Source of the DNA: Dehalococcoidia bacterium
GTDB taxonomy: Bacteria; Chloroflexota; Dehalococcoidia; UBA6926
Length of the DNA stretch: 64,000 nt
Direction of reading: 5' to 3'
Assembly: GCA_965219405.1 (NCBI GenBank)
Contig: OZ244736.1
Span: forward strand, 1,705,443-1,769,442
Below are positions 53,762 through 63,557 of the stretch, in pieces. Numbering within the stretch: position 1 is the stretch's first letter; every line of letters begins with the position of its first letter. A program made the translations under genes and the position numbers. Under the pieces are notes generated by a model. The model saw only the letters and a list, made by a program, of their open reading frames with translations. It was not told the DNA's origin and searched no databases.

Positions 53762-54591
53762 CTCAACGTCACGTCGCCCGCGTGAACGACTTTGCGCTGT
53801 CCGTCATCGGTCTGAACGACCAGCGCGCCGCTTGGCTCAACATCCAACGCCAAGCCCTCAAACGTCGAGTCACTGCCGGACACCTTCACGCGATTACCAA
53901 GGTTGACGAGAGCCGAACGCCATTGGACAAACACATCGTCGCCCTCCTGCACGGCCATGTACAGCGCGTCCATCTCTTCCAACAGGGCGCAGAGCAGATC
54001 AAGGCGAGGGACCTCACTGCCCGTTTCCCTGCTGAGGCTGGTGGACGCTTCTGCAATCTCCGGGATGGAGGCTGTGTCCCAATTGACGTTGACGCCGATG
54101 CCTGCGACGGCGAACTGATCTTCTTCCGACTCCCCGCGCACGACCTCCACAAGGATGCCGCAGGTCTTGCGGCCACCGATGAGGATGTCGTTCGGCCACT
54201 TGATTTCCGGGTTGAGCTCCGGACAAACGCGGCGGATGGCTCGCGGAACGGCAAGAGCGCAGATCATCGACAATGACGGCAACAAGTCCGCACTCGGCCT
54301 CAACAGGATGGAGACGAGCAGAGACGACCCCGGAGGCGCAATCCACGTGCGGCGAAATCGCCCTCTGCCGCGTGTCTGCTCATCAGCCGTGATGGTCAAG
54401 CCCTCTGCAGTCCCTGCCCGCCCGGCCGCGGATACGTCGTCTTGCGTGGAGTGCGTCACCGGCAAATGCCGATACTCTGCGCCGATGATTCGTGTTGTGA
54501 GCCGCTGCTTGACCTCGGATTCATTCAGGACATCTGGCATAAAGATTTGTTCTCCCCATGGGATGACAGCGGCATCAGGTATCCGCTCCAC
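53758..54591 (-). CDS. birA: biotin--[acetyl-CoA-carboxylase] ligase
   Basis: ADEQTRGRGRFRRTW, KWPNDILIGGRKTCGILVE. Confidence 0.75.
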   Translation of the reverse strand: MERIPDAAVIPWGEQIFMPDVLNESEVKQRLTTRIIGAEYRHLPVTHSTQDDVSAAGRAGTAEGLTITADEQTRGRGRFRRTWIAPPGSSLLVSILLRPSADLLPSLSMICALAVPRAIRRVCPELNPEIKWPNDILIGGRKTCGILVEVVRGESEEDQFAVAGIGVNVNWDTASIPEIAEASTSLSRETGSEVPRLDLLCALLEEMDALYMAVQEGDDVFVQWRSALVNLGNRVKVSGSDSTFEGLALDVEPSGALVVQTDDGQRKVVHAGDVTLR

Positions 54592-54644
54592 CTATAATGA
54601 TGCATATCGTTGCGACGCATTGTTGCGGGGGGAGTGGGGATTTC

Positions 54645-55592
54645 ATGGAATATCGTCGATTGGGCAATTCGGGCCTGCACGTTTCAGCAGTCGGTTTGGG
54701 AACAAACAACTTTGGCAGACGGCTTGAATACGAATGGAGCGAGATCGTTATCAAATCGTCGCTCGATAACGGGATCAACTTTATCGACACGGCCAACATC
54801 TACAGCATGGGAGAGTCCGAGGAGCACATCGGCAGGGCTCTCGTGGGCAACCGCGAGGCGGCAATTGTCGCCACCAAGGGGGGCGGGCAGATGCGGCAGG
54901 GCCCGCATGGCAGCGGCAACTCCCGCAAGCACATCACGAGCGAAGTGGAAGCGAGCCTCAAGCGGCTTCAGACCGACTACATCGATCTCTACCAGATCCA
55001 CTTCCCGGACAATGACACACCCATCGAGGAGACCTTGCGGGCTCTGGATGACCTGATCCGCGCCGGAAAGATCCTCTACATCGGCAGCTCCAATTTCGCG
55101 GTCTGGCAGGAGGTGGAGGCCGCGTGGTCGAGCCGGCATCTGGGCCTCAACAGCTTCGTCAGTTCGCAGCCGGAGTACAGCCTCATCAACCGCGACGTGG
55201 AGCGGGAGTTGATCTCCTTCGCCGTGAAGTACAACATCGGGATCATCCCCTATTTCCCCCTCGCGGGCGGCGTGCTCACCGGCAAGTACACGCAGGGCCA
55301 GGAGCCGCCGGAGGGCACGCGGATGTCCACCACGCCGGCGAACTTCCGCGGCCGCTTCATGAATGAGAGGACGTTTGCCATCGCCGACGTGGTCACAAAG
55401 TTCGCGGAGGAGAGGGGCCATACGACAGTTGAACTCGCCATCGCGTGGCTACTGGCCCAGCCGCAGGTGTCGAGTGTTATCGCGGGCGCGACACGGCCTG
55501 AACAGGTGGAGGCGAACGCCAAGGCTGCCGATTGGACGCTGACGGCTGGTGAGGTGGCGGAACTGAACGAGAAGCTGGCGGCGCTCGGCTAG
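54645..55592 (+). CDS. aldo/keto reductase
   Basis: MEYRRLGNSGLHVSAVGLGT...IDTANIY. Confidence 0.8.
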   Translation: MEYRRLGNSGLHVSAVGLGTNNFGRRLEYEWSEIVIKSSLDNGINFIDTANIYSMGESEEHIGRALVGNREAAIVATKGGGQMRQGPHGSGNSRKHITSEVEASLKRLQTDYIDLYQIHFPDNDTPIEETLRALDDLIRAGKILYIGSSNFAVWQEVEAAWSSRHLGLNSFVSSQPEYSLINRDVERELISFAVKYNIGIIPYFPLAGGVLTGKYTQGQEPPEGTRMSTTPANFRGRFMNERTFAIADVVTKFAEERGHTTVELAIAWLLAQPQVSSVIAGATRPEQVEANAKAADWTLTAGEVAELNEKLAALG

Positions 55593-55601
55593 CGAAAGGG
55601 C

Positions 55602-56084
55602 CTAGGCCTCTTCGACCACCGGCTCGCGGGCGGTCACACGAATGACGTAGTTCTGCGGGTCATCCTGTGTCGGAAAGTGACGCCCCTGCGCGAATAGCTC
55701 AGTCAGTCGCTGAAACAACAACGGCCCAACGTTAGCCACAGCCTCCTCCAGGTCGGCGGATATGGTGGACACGTCAGGGAAGGCGACGGGCGTGGCGCGG
55801 TACTCTCCCTCATCAGTGCGCTGGATCATGACGACATAGGGCGAAGTATCACCTCGCCTCGGATTGCGAACCCAAACGGTCCGCACGGGCGGCCATTCCT
55901 CCCTGGGGGTCTCACCGCCCTCGGCAGCGATTTGCCCGAGCGCTACCCCGGCATTGCCAGCCACGTCATCAAGCGCCGCGGCGCGCGTCGGACCTTGCCC
56001 GGTTACGTCCGGCACTGCGGGAATCAGTGCGCGATAGGAACCGTCCTCATTGGGCAGCAGAACCGCCGTATACGATGGCGCCAT
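55602..56084 (-). CDS. tandem HicB-like (UPF0150) domain protein, orphan
   Basis: There are two copies of the ~55-aa UPF0150/HicB N-terminal fold (SYTAVLLPNEDGSYRALIPAVPDV... and YVVMIQRTDEGEYRATPVAFPDV...). No hicA is adjacent. Confidence 0.5.
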   Translation of the reverse strand: MAPSYTAVLLPNEDGSYRALIPAVPDVTGQGPTRAAALDDVAGNAGVALGQIAAEGGETPREEWPPVRTVWVRNPRRGDTSPYVVMIQRTDEGEYRATPVAFPDVSTISADLEEAVANVGPLLFQRLTELFAQGRHFPTQDDPQNYVIRVTAREPVVEEA

Positions 56085-56099
56085 TTCCTCTCCCCGCTC

Positions 56100-57551
56100 C
56101 TACGCCCCTGCGAATATCGACGCTGCGGCGGACTCGGCCGCCTCCGCCAAAGGTCTCACATAGAGTCCGCCCGCGACAATCGCCAGGAGCAGCCCAAGAA
56201 TCAGCAGCCACATAGTCCACGAGACGCTTATCGGCTGTGCGCCGTCCTCGGGCTGCTCAATATACATCTGTCTCACGATGTTCAGATAGTAGTACAGGGA
56301 AATGAGGCTGGCGAATATCGCTATACCGACTGGAACAAGGAATCGCGCACCGGCAGTGGCCACAACCGTGAACAGGTAGAACTTGGACGCGAATCCGATA
56401 AAGAATGGGAATCCCGCAAGACTGAACAACGCTCCCGTTAGCGCAAGGGCCAAGAACGGGTTGCGTCGCGCCAGTCCGGCCAAATCGCGCACGCCCTCTT
56501 TGCCGGTCTGCTGCCAGACTGCCAGGAGAACCATGAACGCGATCATCGTCGAGGCGGCGTAACTCACGCTGTGGATGAGCATTCCGGCTATCGGTTTCGT
56601 AGGATCGTCTGCGCCCAATGCCGCGATGCCGAGCAGTAAGTATCCCACCTGCCCAATGCTGGAATAGGCCATCAGTCGCTTCATATTGGATTGCAGGATG
56701 GCGACGAGATTGCCGAGCATCATGCTCAGCACCGCCAAGAGGATAAACACCCAGTCCCAGAAAAGGGCGACCGGCTCAAGGGCAACTGCAACGAGGCGAA
56801 TCAGGAGGGCGAAACCGGCCGCCTTGGACGCGGCGGCGAGGTAGGCGGTGATGGGAATCGGCGCGCCCTCGTACACGTCCGGAGTCCACATGTGGAATGG
56901 CACGGCGGCGACCTTGAATCCCAGCCCTGCCGTTAGCATGGCGAGCGCTATAATTAGTCCGGGGCTTGGGGAGAGGGCGCTGAGGCCGCTTGCTACCTGA
57001 TCGTAGCGGGTATCGCCCGTGAGGCCGTAGATGTACGTGATGCCCAGCAAGAGGAACGCGGAAGCAATCGCGCCGAGCAGGATGTACTTCATTCCCGCCT
57101 CGTTAGTTCTCTTATCCTTCCACGTGTACGACGCGAGGATATATAGGGAGAAACTCAGAAGTTCAAGCGAAATGTAGGCGGTGATCAGCTCGCCCGCCGC
57201 CGCCATGCCCATCGCGCCGACGGCGGACATCATCAGGAGGGCAACGAACTCGCCGGGGCTGTCGATGGACCGCACGAATTGCGCGGAACCGAGGATCGTC
57301 ACCGCGGCGAGGATCACGAATAAAGCGAAGAAGAACGCCGAGTATGTGTCAAAGATGAGGATACCGCCGGCAAAGCGGTTCGATTCACCGTCGCTCGACA
57401 GGATGATAAAGACGCTGATGACGGCCATGACGGCCGCGCCGCCGTACACCAGGACTGTTCGGGAAAGGCGGGGAACAATGAGGTCGAGCGTGAACGCCCC
57501 GAATGCGAGGCCTGTGACGAGATAGCCCGGCAACAGCAGCGCCCAATTCAT
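56100..57551 (-). CDS. nuoN: NADH-quinone oxidoreductase subunit N
   Basis: ND2-type: ELLSFSLYIL, VYEGAPIPITAYLAAASKAAGFALLIRL. Confidence 0.8.
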   Translation of the reverse strand: MNWALLLPGYLVTGLAFGAFTLDLIVPRLSRTVLVYGGAAVMAVISVFIILSSDGESNRFAGGILIFDTYSAFFFALFVILAAVTILGSAQFVRSIDSPGEFVALLMMSAVGAMGMAAAGELITAYISLELLSFSLYILASYTWKDKRTNEAGMKYILLGAIASAFLLLGITYIYGLTGDTRYDQVASGLSALSPSPGLIIALAMLTAGLGFKVAAVPFHMWTPDVYEGAPIPITAYLAAASKAAGFALLIRLVAVALEPVALFWDWVFILLAVLSMMLGNLVAILQSNMKRLMAYSSIGQVGYLLLGIAALGADDPTKPIAGMLIHSVSYAASTMIAFMVLLAVWQQTGKEGVRDLAGLARRNPFLALALTGALFSLAGFPFFIGFASKFYLFTVVATAGARFLVPVGIAIFASLISLYYYLNIVRQMYIEQPEDGAQPISVSWTMWLLILGLLLAIVAGGLYVRPLAEAAESAAASIFAGA

Positions 57552-57564
57552 CGCGCCACAGCCC

Positions 57565-59499
57565 CTACACTGTCTCCGCCAGCACGGCCACGGCGACGAT
57601 AATTACCGCTGCAATGGTGAAAATCAGCGCATAGTTGAAGACGTAGCCGGTCTGCATCCCACGAAGCAGGTGTCCCGCGTCCACCGTGCGCGCCGCGGGC
57701 CCGTCAACCCCGGCATCGTTAACCACGCGTCGGTCAACCTCACGGATGAAACCGGCAAAGACCAGCACGATACGGTCGATGACCCACTGCGCCGCAGCGT
57801 CGATGTAGAACCGGTTTTGGATGAGCTTTAGCGGCCCCGCAACCGCCTCAAGCACGGTGCCGTCGACACGCTCCTTGTTGTTCCAATAGTTCAGCCCAAC
57901 GCCGATGCCGGCGACGGCGGTCAAGGTAGATGCCAGCGCCAACAGTGAGTTGAAATGGAACTCGCGGTGGCCGTCCGTGAGGAACTCAATGAAGTCCCAG
58001 CCGAACGAGAGGACAATGCCAAGGAATACTGCCAGCACCCCTAATGACACCAGGGGGATAGACATAAGCGGCGGTGGGTCATGGAGCCGCGCGGCGTGGT
58101 CTCCTTCTCCACCGTGGTCGCTAGGGGCTTGTGCCGGCTCTCCCTGAGCAACAACCAGCGCGAGTCTAGTCATATACAGGGCGCTGAGGAATGAGGCAAT
58201 GATCGCGCCAAAGAAAAGCAGATAGCCGGGCAGCGTCTCGATCTCAAGCGCCGGGGCGAGAATGCCCTCCTTGGAGAAGAAGCCGCTCAGAAACGGAATT
58301 CCTGCCAAAGACAGACTGCCGACAACAAGCGCGGCTGCGGTGAGCGGCGCGGCGATGCGCAGCCCGCGCACTTCGTAAATCGAGGCCGCAGAGACGTGGA
58401 TGGCATGGAGCGCCACCCCCGCCGTCAGGAACAGGAGGGCCTTGAAATAGCCGTGTGTCAATAGGTGGAACATGCCGCCGCTTGGGTCGCGATGGGAGGG
58501 GTCATGCGCCAGACCGGCCGCGCCAAGTGCCAGCATCATTAGGCCAAGTTGGCTCACCGTCGAATAGGCGAGTATTCGCTTGAAGTCGATCTCTCCCAGC
58601 GCCAACAGTCCCGCCAGAACAGCGGTAATCAACCCGATCACGGCCACGAACCACAGAACGCCTGGGGCTTCCACGAACAAGTCAAACATGCGTGCAACGA
58701 GAAACACACCCGCAGCCACCATCGTCGCGGCGTGGATCAGCGCGCTGACGGGCGTGGGGCCCTCCATGGCGTCCGGCAGCCAGATGTGGAACGGGAATTG
58801 TGCGCTCTTGCCCATCGCGCCAAGGAAAAGGAGGAACGCCACCAGTGCCGCCTCCCCGCCGCTCAATGATGCGATAACCTCCCGGATATCGAACGTGCCG
58901 GTGCTGAGATAGGCGATGATGATGCCGATAAGCAAGCCGACGTCGCCGAATCGGGTTGTGATAAAGGCCTTTTTCGCCGCTTCAGCCGCCGAACGTCGTT
59001 CCCAATAAAAGCCAATGAGCAGGAACGAGCAGAGCCCCACCAACTCCCAGGAGATGTAGAGTAGCAGCAGGCTGCCCGTCAGAACGAGCGCGAGCATGGA
59101 CGCGGCGAACAGAGAATGCGCGGCGAAGTACCATCCGAAACGCTCTTCGCCTTTCATGTACTCCAATGAATACACCTGTACGGCGAGCGACACGGACGTG
59201 ACGAGGATGATCATCATCACCGAGAGGCTGTCGACGATGTAGCTCAGCCCGAACTCAGAGCCTCCCGCAGATAGCCAGACCACGGTTCCGACGTATTCAC
59301 CGTTGGCAAGGTAGTCGCCCAGCACGCCGAGCGAGCCGATGAACGAGATGCCAATAGCTGCGACGCTCACATATGACGCGGCCTGCGGCAGGATTTGCAG
59401 CCGCCCGATGGCAAGAATCACGAATGCCGCAAACGGCAGCGCGGCGATAAGCCACGCCTGTTCTGCGCCGATTGGGATTGCGTCCAGCAGGGCCGTCAC
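57565..59499 (-). CDS. nuoL: NADH-quinone oxidoreductase subunit L
   Basis: A 644-aa ND5-type protein with WLPDAMEGPTPVSALIHAATMV. Confidence 0.85.
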   Translation of the reverse strand: MTALLDAIPIGAEQAWLIAALPFAAFVILAIGRLQILPQAASYVSVAAIGISFIGSLGVLGDYLANGEYVGTVVWLSAGGSEFGLSYIVDSLSVMMIILVTSVSLAVQVYSLEYMKGEERFGWYFAAHSLFAASMLALVLTGSLLLLYISWELVGLCSFLLIGFYWERRSAAEAAKKAFITTRFGDVGLLIGIIIAYLSTGTFDIREVIASLSGGEAALVAFLLFLGAMGKSAQFPFHIWLPDAMEGPTPVSALIHAATMVAAGVFLVARMFDLFVEAPGVLWFVAVIGLITAVLAGLLALGEIDFKRILAYSTVSQLGLMMLALGAAGLAHDPSHRDPSGGMFHLLTHGYFKALLFLTAGVALHAIHVSAASIYEVRGLRIAAPLTAAALVVGSLSLAGIPFLSGFFSKEGILAPALEIETLPGYLLFFGAIIASFLSALYMTRLALVVAQGEPAQAPSDHGGEGDHAARLHDPPPLMSIPLVSLGVLAVFLGIVLSFGWDFIEFLTDGHREFHFNSLLALASTLTAVAGIGVGLNYWNNKERVDGTVLEAVAGPLKLIQNRFYIDAAAQWVIDRIVLVFAGFIREVDRRVVNDAGVDGPAARTVDAGHLLRGMQTGYVFNYALIFTIAAVIIVAVAVLAETV

Positions 59500-59511
59500 T
59501 CTTTTGGCCCC

Positions 59512-59820
59512 CTACTGCTGCAGTGTGGAGATGCGATCCAGGTTGACCGTCTCCCAGTTTCGGAACATGCGGAGAACAATTGCGAGGGCGAGACCAACCT
59601 CCGCCGCCGCAATAGTGATCACAAAGATGATGAGCACGTGCGCGATGGCCTCAGTCCCCACCACGTAGCGAGCAAATGCAATGAGATGGACGTTCACGGC
59701 ATTGAGCATCAGCTCAATGGACATGAGGACGAGCACGGCGTTGCGCCGGGCTAACACGCCGTATAAGCCCAAGCAGAAGAGCGCCGCGCCCAGGATGAGC
59801 ATAAACTCAAGGACAGTCAT
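59512..59820 (-). CDS. nuoK: NADH-quinone oxidoreductase subunit K
   Basis: A 102-aa ND4L-type protein. Confidence 0.85.
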   Translation of the reverse strand: MTVLEFMLILGAALFCLGLYGVLARRNAVLVLMSIELMLNAVNVHLIAFARYVVGTEAIAHVLIIFVITIAAAEVGLALAIVLRMFRNWETVNLDRISTLQQ

Positions 59821-60317
59821 GCACCCTCTCTCCCACCTCGCGTCAGCACTACCGCCCCAACCAGCGCGACCAAAAGCACCAGAGACGCAATCTCAAATGG
59901 AATCAGGAAATCGGTGAAGAGCAGTTCGCTCAGGGCGGTGAACTCTGCCATCGGGTCGGTTCCGGGTTCCCGGGTCCGCCATGGCGTCGCCAACGCAGCT
60001 GCAACGAGCAATGCGAATAGCCCAACGCAAGCCATTGCCGCTAACGGGCGTTGGGCGTTGTCTTGCACATGGGTCTGCTCCGGCGCGCGGGTCAGCATGA
60101 TGGCGAACAACAAGACGATCGTGATTGCACCGCCGTAGATGAGCACCTGCGCGAGGGCGATGAACTCCGCCAGCATCATCAGGAACAGGGCCGCGACTCC
60201 GACAAGTGAGATTAACAGGAACACGGCAGCATAAACGACGCTCCGCGTTGCGACGACGCCGACGGCTGCGGCGACCGTTAGTATCCCGATTGCTCCCAGT
60301 ATCGCGGTCTCGATCAT
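59817..60317 (-). CDS. nuoJ: NADH-quinone oxidoreductase subunit J
   Basis: ND6-type. Confidence 0.8.
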   Translation of the reverse strand: MIETAILGAIGILTVAAAVGVVATRSVVYAAVFLLISLVGVAALFLMMLAEFIALAQVLIYGGAITIVLLFAIMLTRAPEQTHVQDNAQRPLAAMACVGLFALLVAAALATPWRTREPGTDPMAEFTALSELLFTDFLIPFEIASLVLLVALVGAVVLTRGGREGA

Positions 60318-61303
60318 TCGGTGCCCGTTCCGGGTTTGGATTCGTCCGATTCGGATTCACTGTCAGAGGAATCTGCGTTGGCAGCTTCTTGTGCCGCGCG
60401 CTCGGCAGCGCGTTGGGCGCGAAGTTCGGCGGCCTTCCGCCGAGCTTCGGCCACTCGCGGATCTACGGCGGGCGCGTCATTCGATGCCTGTTCAGGAGCA
60501 GGAGTCTCCGTCTGTTCAGGTGCGGCTTTTGTAGTCTCCGCAGGCGGAGCCTCGCCTCGTTCGGCGGCGCGTTGCGCACGGAGTTCGGCGGCCTTTGCTC
60601 GCGCAGCGGCTACACGGGGGTCAACGGCGGGCGCGTCACTGGAAGCCTCTGCCGGTGCGGCTGTTGCCGCCTCAGCAGGTGGAGCCTCGCCACGCTCTGC
60701 GGCTCGTTGGGCCCGTAGTTCAGCGGCCTTGGCACGAGCAGCGGCCACGCGATCATCGCTTGACGCCGGCGTTCCGACTTCAGTGGTTCCGCCGCTCTGG
60801 GCGGCGGCGCGGCGCGCCGATTTCTTGGCCTCGGGCGGGGACCACCGTCCCTTCGCCTCCTGTTCCTTGCCCGCTTCGAGCAGTTGGTCAAGGTCATAAA
60901 CAAGATTGGGGCGGGCATACTGGCTGGCGTCAAAGTTGTCGGACATGATGATCGCGTCGAAGTTGCAGTACTCCACGCACAGACCGCACATGATGCAGTC
61001 GGCGACGTTCAAGTCGAAATACTCAACGATTTTGCGCCGGCCGCTGTCACCTTCGGCGTGTTTGGGGTTGTCCATCATGGCGACGTCGATGCAGTCCGTG
61101 GGACAAATCCGCATACAGACCAGGCAGCCCGTGCAATACGGCTCCGGCACATCTTTGTCCCAGGTGAGCACTGGATGCGCCATGAATCGGGGCGCGAGTG
61201 TGGGGGCGACGGACGGGTACTCCGCCGTGACGGGCGGCTTGAAGGCCAACTTCATTGTGGTAACCAAGCTCTTCAACGTTCCTAACATGACTATTGCGCC
61301 CAC
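60314..61303 (-). CDS. nuoI: NADH-quinone oxidoreductase subunit I (2x[4Fe-4S]) with ~190-aa repetitive C-terminal extension
   Basis: CTGCLVCMRICP and CIMCGLCVEYC ferredoxin motifs, followed by 3x (DPRVAAARAKAAELRAQRAAERGEAPPAE...). Confidence 0.8.
   Translation of the reverse strand: MGAIVMLGTLKSLVTTMKLAFKPPVTAEYPSVAPTLAPRFMAHPVLTWDKDVPEPYCTGCLVCMRICPTDCIDVAMMDNPKHAEGDSGRRKIVEYFDLNVADCIMCGLCVEYCNFDAIIMSDNFDASQYARPNLVYDLDQLLEAGKEQEAKGRWSPPEAKKSARRAAAQSGGTTEVGTPASSDDRVAAARAKAAELRAQRAAERGEAPPAEAATAAPAEASSDAPAVDPRVAAARAKAAELRAQRAAERGEAPPAETTKAAPEQTETPAPEQASNDAPAVDPRVAEARRKAAELRAQRAAERAAQEAANADSSDSESESDESKPGTGTE
60395..60775. repeat. three imperfect ~130-bp tandem coding repeats inside the nuoI 3' region
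   Basis: The DNA units ...CGCGTTGGGCGCGAAGTTCGGCGGCCTT..GC..GC.GC..C.CG.G..TC.ACGGCGGGCGCGTC... recur three times. Confidence 0.6.
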
Positions 61304-62415
61304 CTTTGCCTGAATTGTCGGAGTTTCTGCTCTCTGCGCCGCTGAATGTAGATGCCGGTTGCTGCGGCTAGCACGATGCTCACCACGCTGATTATCACGC
61401 TAGTCAGCCACAACTCCCAACCGTTTTGGTGTTGAATCCAGACCACTGTCGCGACCACCAGCAGATTGACCAGCGACGCGGGTATGGCGATTTTCCACGC
61501 GAACGCCATAAGTTGGTCAATTCTGAGCCGAGGCAGCGGCGCGCGTATCCAGAACACGACGAGAATGATAGCCACGATCTTGATAAGCAGGTAGAAGGGT
61601 TGCAAGAACGGCAACTCCTCGGAGAACGGTCCGCTCCAGCCGCCAAGGAAGAGGATTGTCGCGAGGAACGCCATTGTCGCGAGTCCCGCGTACTCGGTCA
61701 GGAAGAACACGCCCCAACGGATGCCGGAGTATTCCACGAACACGCCGCCAACAATTTCTTCTTCGGCGTGTGGAATATCAAAGGGAATGCGAGCAGTCTC
61801 CGCCAGCGCGCCAACAAGAAAGAGAATGAACCCCAGCGGCATGATGAGCAGGTACGGCACACTGCCCTGCGCCTCCACAATGCCGGCAAGGCTGAAAGGT
61901 CGATCCGTTGCCGTCTGCGCGAGCAGTCCGACGGCCAACACGGCAAAGACCAGCGGCAACTCGTAGCTGATTAGCTGCGCGGCGTTTCGGGCACTCCCCA
62001 GCAGAGCGTACTTGTTGTTGGAGGCCCACCCGGCCAGCACATGGCCGACCACGGACAGCCCCAGGATGGCCACGACATAGAACAGTCCGATATCGAGATC
62101 GCTCAGCACCCAGTCGGGGCCGAACGGCAACACCATCCACAGCATGAATACCGGTGTGAAGATGAGCAGCGGCGCCGCGTAGAAGATGACCAAGTTGACG
62201 CTGCCCGGCCGCACGTCTTCCTTCAGCATTAGTTTGATCGCGTCCGCAGCCGTCTGCAGGATGCCGGATGGTCCGGTACGGGACGGCCCCACACGCTGTT
62301 GCAACCGCGCGAGCGTCTTGCGTTCCGCCCAGATCACGCCGAGCACGGCGGTGAGAATGCCGTTGAACAGCACAAAAACGACGATGGCGATGGTGATGAG
62401 GTCCAGTAGGCTCAT
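61291..62415 (-). CDS. nuoH: NADH-quinone oxidoreductase subunit H
   Basis: ND1-type: GVIWAERKTLARLQQRVGP. Confidence 0.85.
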   Translation of the reverse strand: MSLLDLITIAIVVFVLFNGILTAVLGVIWAERKTLARLQQRVGPSRTGPSGILQTAADAIKLMLKEDVRPGSVNLVIFYAAPLLIFTPVFMLWMVLPFGPDWVLSDLDIGLFYVVAILGLSVVGHVLAGWASNNKYALLGSARNAAQLISYELPLVFAVLAVGLLAQTATDRPFSLAGIVEAQGSVPYLLIMPLGFILFLVGALAETARIPFDIPHAEEEIVGGVFVEYSGIRWGVFFLTEYAGLATMAFLATILFLGGWSGPFSEELPFLQPFYLLIKIVAIILVVFWIRAPLPRLRIDQLMAFAWKIAIPASLVNLLVVATVVWIQHQNGWELWLTSVIISVVSIVLAAATGIYIQRRREQKLRQFRQRWAQ

Positions 62416-63557
62416 CGATCCACCTCGCCAAGAACGATGTCCATTGAGCCGAGAATCACTGTGGCGTCGGCAAGGTATGAGCCACGGATCATCGCAGGGA
62501 GAGCCATCAGGTTGCAGAAGCTCGGCCCGCGAATCTTGAGGCGATACGGCTGAACCGTTCCGCCCGACGAGACGAGATAGACGCCGAGATCGCCGCGTGG
62601 GTTCTCCCCATGCACGTACACGTCCCCCTCCGGGGGCCGGAGGATCCGTGGCACGCGGCCCAGAAACGGGCCGTCCGGCAGCTTGTCCAGCGCCTGCCCG
62701 ACAATGGAAATCGACTGCTCAATCTCCAGCATCCGAACCATATAGCGGTCGTAGCAGTCGCCGTGCTGCCCCGTCGGAACACGGAAATCCAGTTCTTCAT
62801 ATACGGAGTATGGATCCGCCTTGCGAATATCGTAATCGATGCCACCCGCGCGCAGCAGTGGCCCCGTCACGCCATAGTCGAGCAAATCCTCCGCGGGAAT
62901 GCCGCCGATGCCGGCGGTCCGCTCGATGAATATCTCGCTTTCCGTCAGCGTGCCCCGCGCCTCGTCGTATCCGACCTTGAGTTGATCCAACAGGGTGCGA
63001 ACGGCGGGGACGAACCCGTCCGGCAGGTCTTCCTTGACTCCACCCACACGGAAGTAGTTGTGCATCATGCGCGCGCCAGTGACGCCCTCAAAGATCTGCT
63101 GAATCCTCTCGCGGTCGCGGAACCCGAGCATGACGGGGTTCATCGCACCGGTGTCCAGCCCATACGTGCCGTAGAACAGCAGATGGCTCGCGATGCGGTT
63201 GAGTTCGGAAAGGATCAGGCGGATGTAATCGGCGCGCTCTGGAACCTCCACTCCCATCGCCTTCTCAACCGCCCGCACGTAGACCCATTCGTTGTTGAAA
63301 TTTGCCACGTAGTCCAGACGGTCAAAGAGTGTGGTGATCTGTTGAAAGTTCTCACCTTCCGCCAGACGCTCGGACCCGCGATGCAGGTAGCCGATGTGGG
63401 GGTACACGTCAACAACCCGCTCACCGTCAAGCGTCAGCACCATGCGGAACACGCCGTGGGTGGCGGGGTGCTGCGGCCCCATGTTGATGCTCAACTCCGC
63501 CTGCTCCGTGGCGGGGTCGCGCACGATGTTGGCCGACAACCCGGAGTCAGTCACCAT
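62412..63557 (-). CDS. nuoD: NADH-quinone oxidoreductase subunit D (49 kDa)
   Basis: NMGPQHPATHGVFRMVL...HIGYLHRG. Confidence 0.85.
   Translation of the reverse strand: MVTDSGLSANIVRDPATEQAELSINMGPQHPATHGVFRMVLTLDGERVVDVYPHIGYLHRGSERLAEGENFQQITTLFDRLDYVANFNNEWVYVRAVEKAMGVEVPERADYIRLILSELNRIASHLLFYGTYGLDTGAMNPVMLGFRDRERIQQIFEGVTGARMMHNYFRVGGVKEDLPDGFVPAVRTLLDQLKVGYDEARGTLTESEIFIERTAGIGGIPAEDLLDYGVTGPLLRAGGIDYDIRKADPYSVYEELDFRVPTGQHGDCYDRYMVRMLEIEQSISIVGQALDKLPDGPFLGRVPRILRPPEGDVYVHGENPRGDLGVYLVSSGGTVQPYRLKIRGPSFCNLMALPAMIRGSYLADATVILGSMDIVLGEVDR

Noticed and set aside
54684-55421. 245-aa minus-strand ORF
   Set aside because: Antisense within the aldo/keto reductase gene.
60321-60948. 192-aa and 117-aa plus-strand ORFs
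   Set aside because: Antisense to the repetitive nuoI 3' region. The low-complexity Ala/Ser/Arg frames are generated by the repeat.
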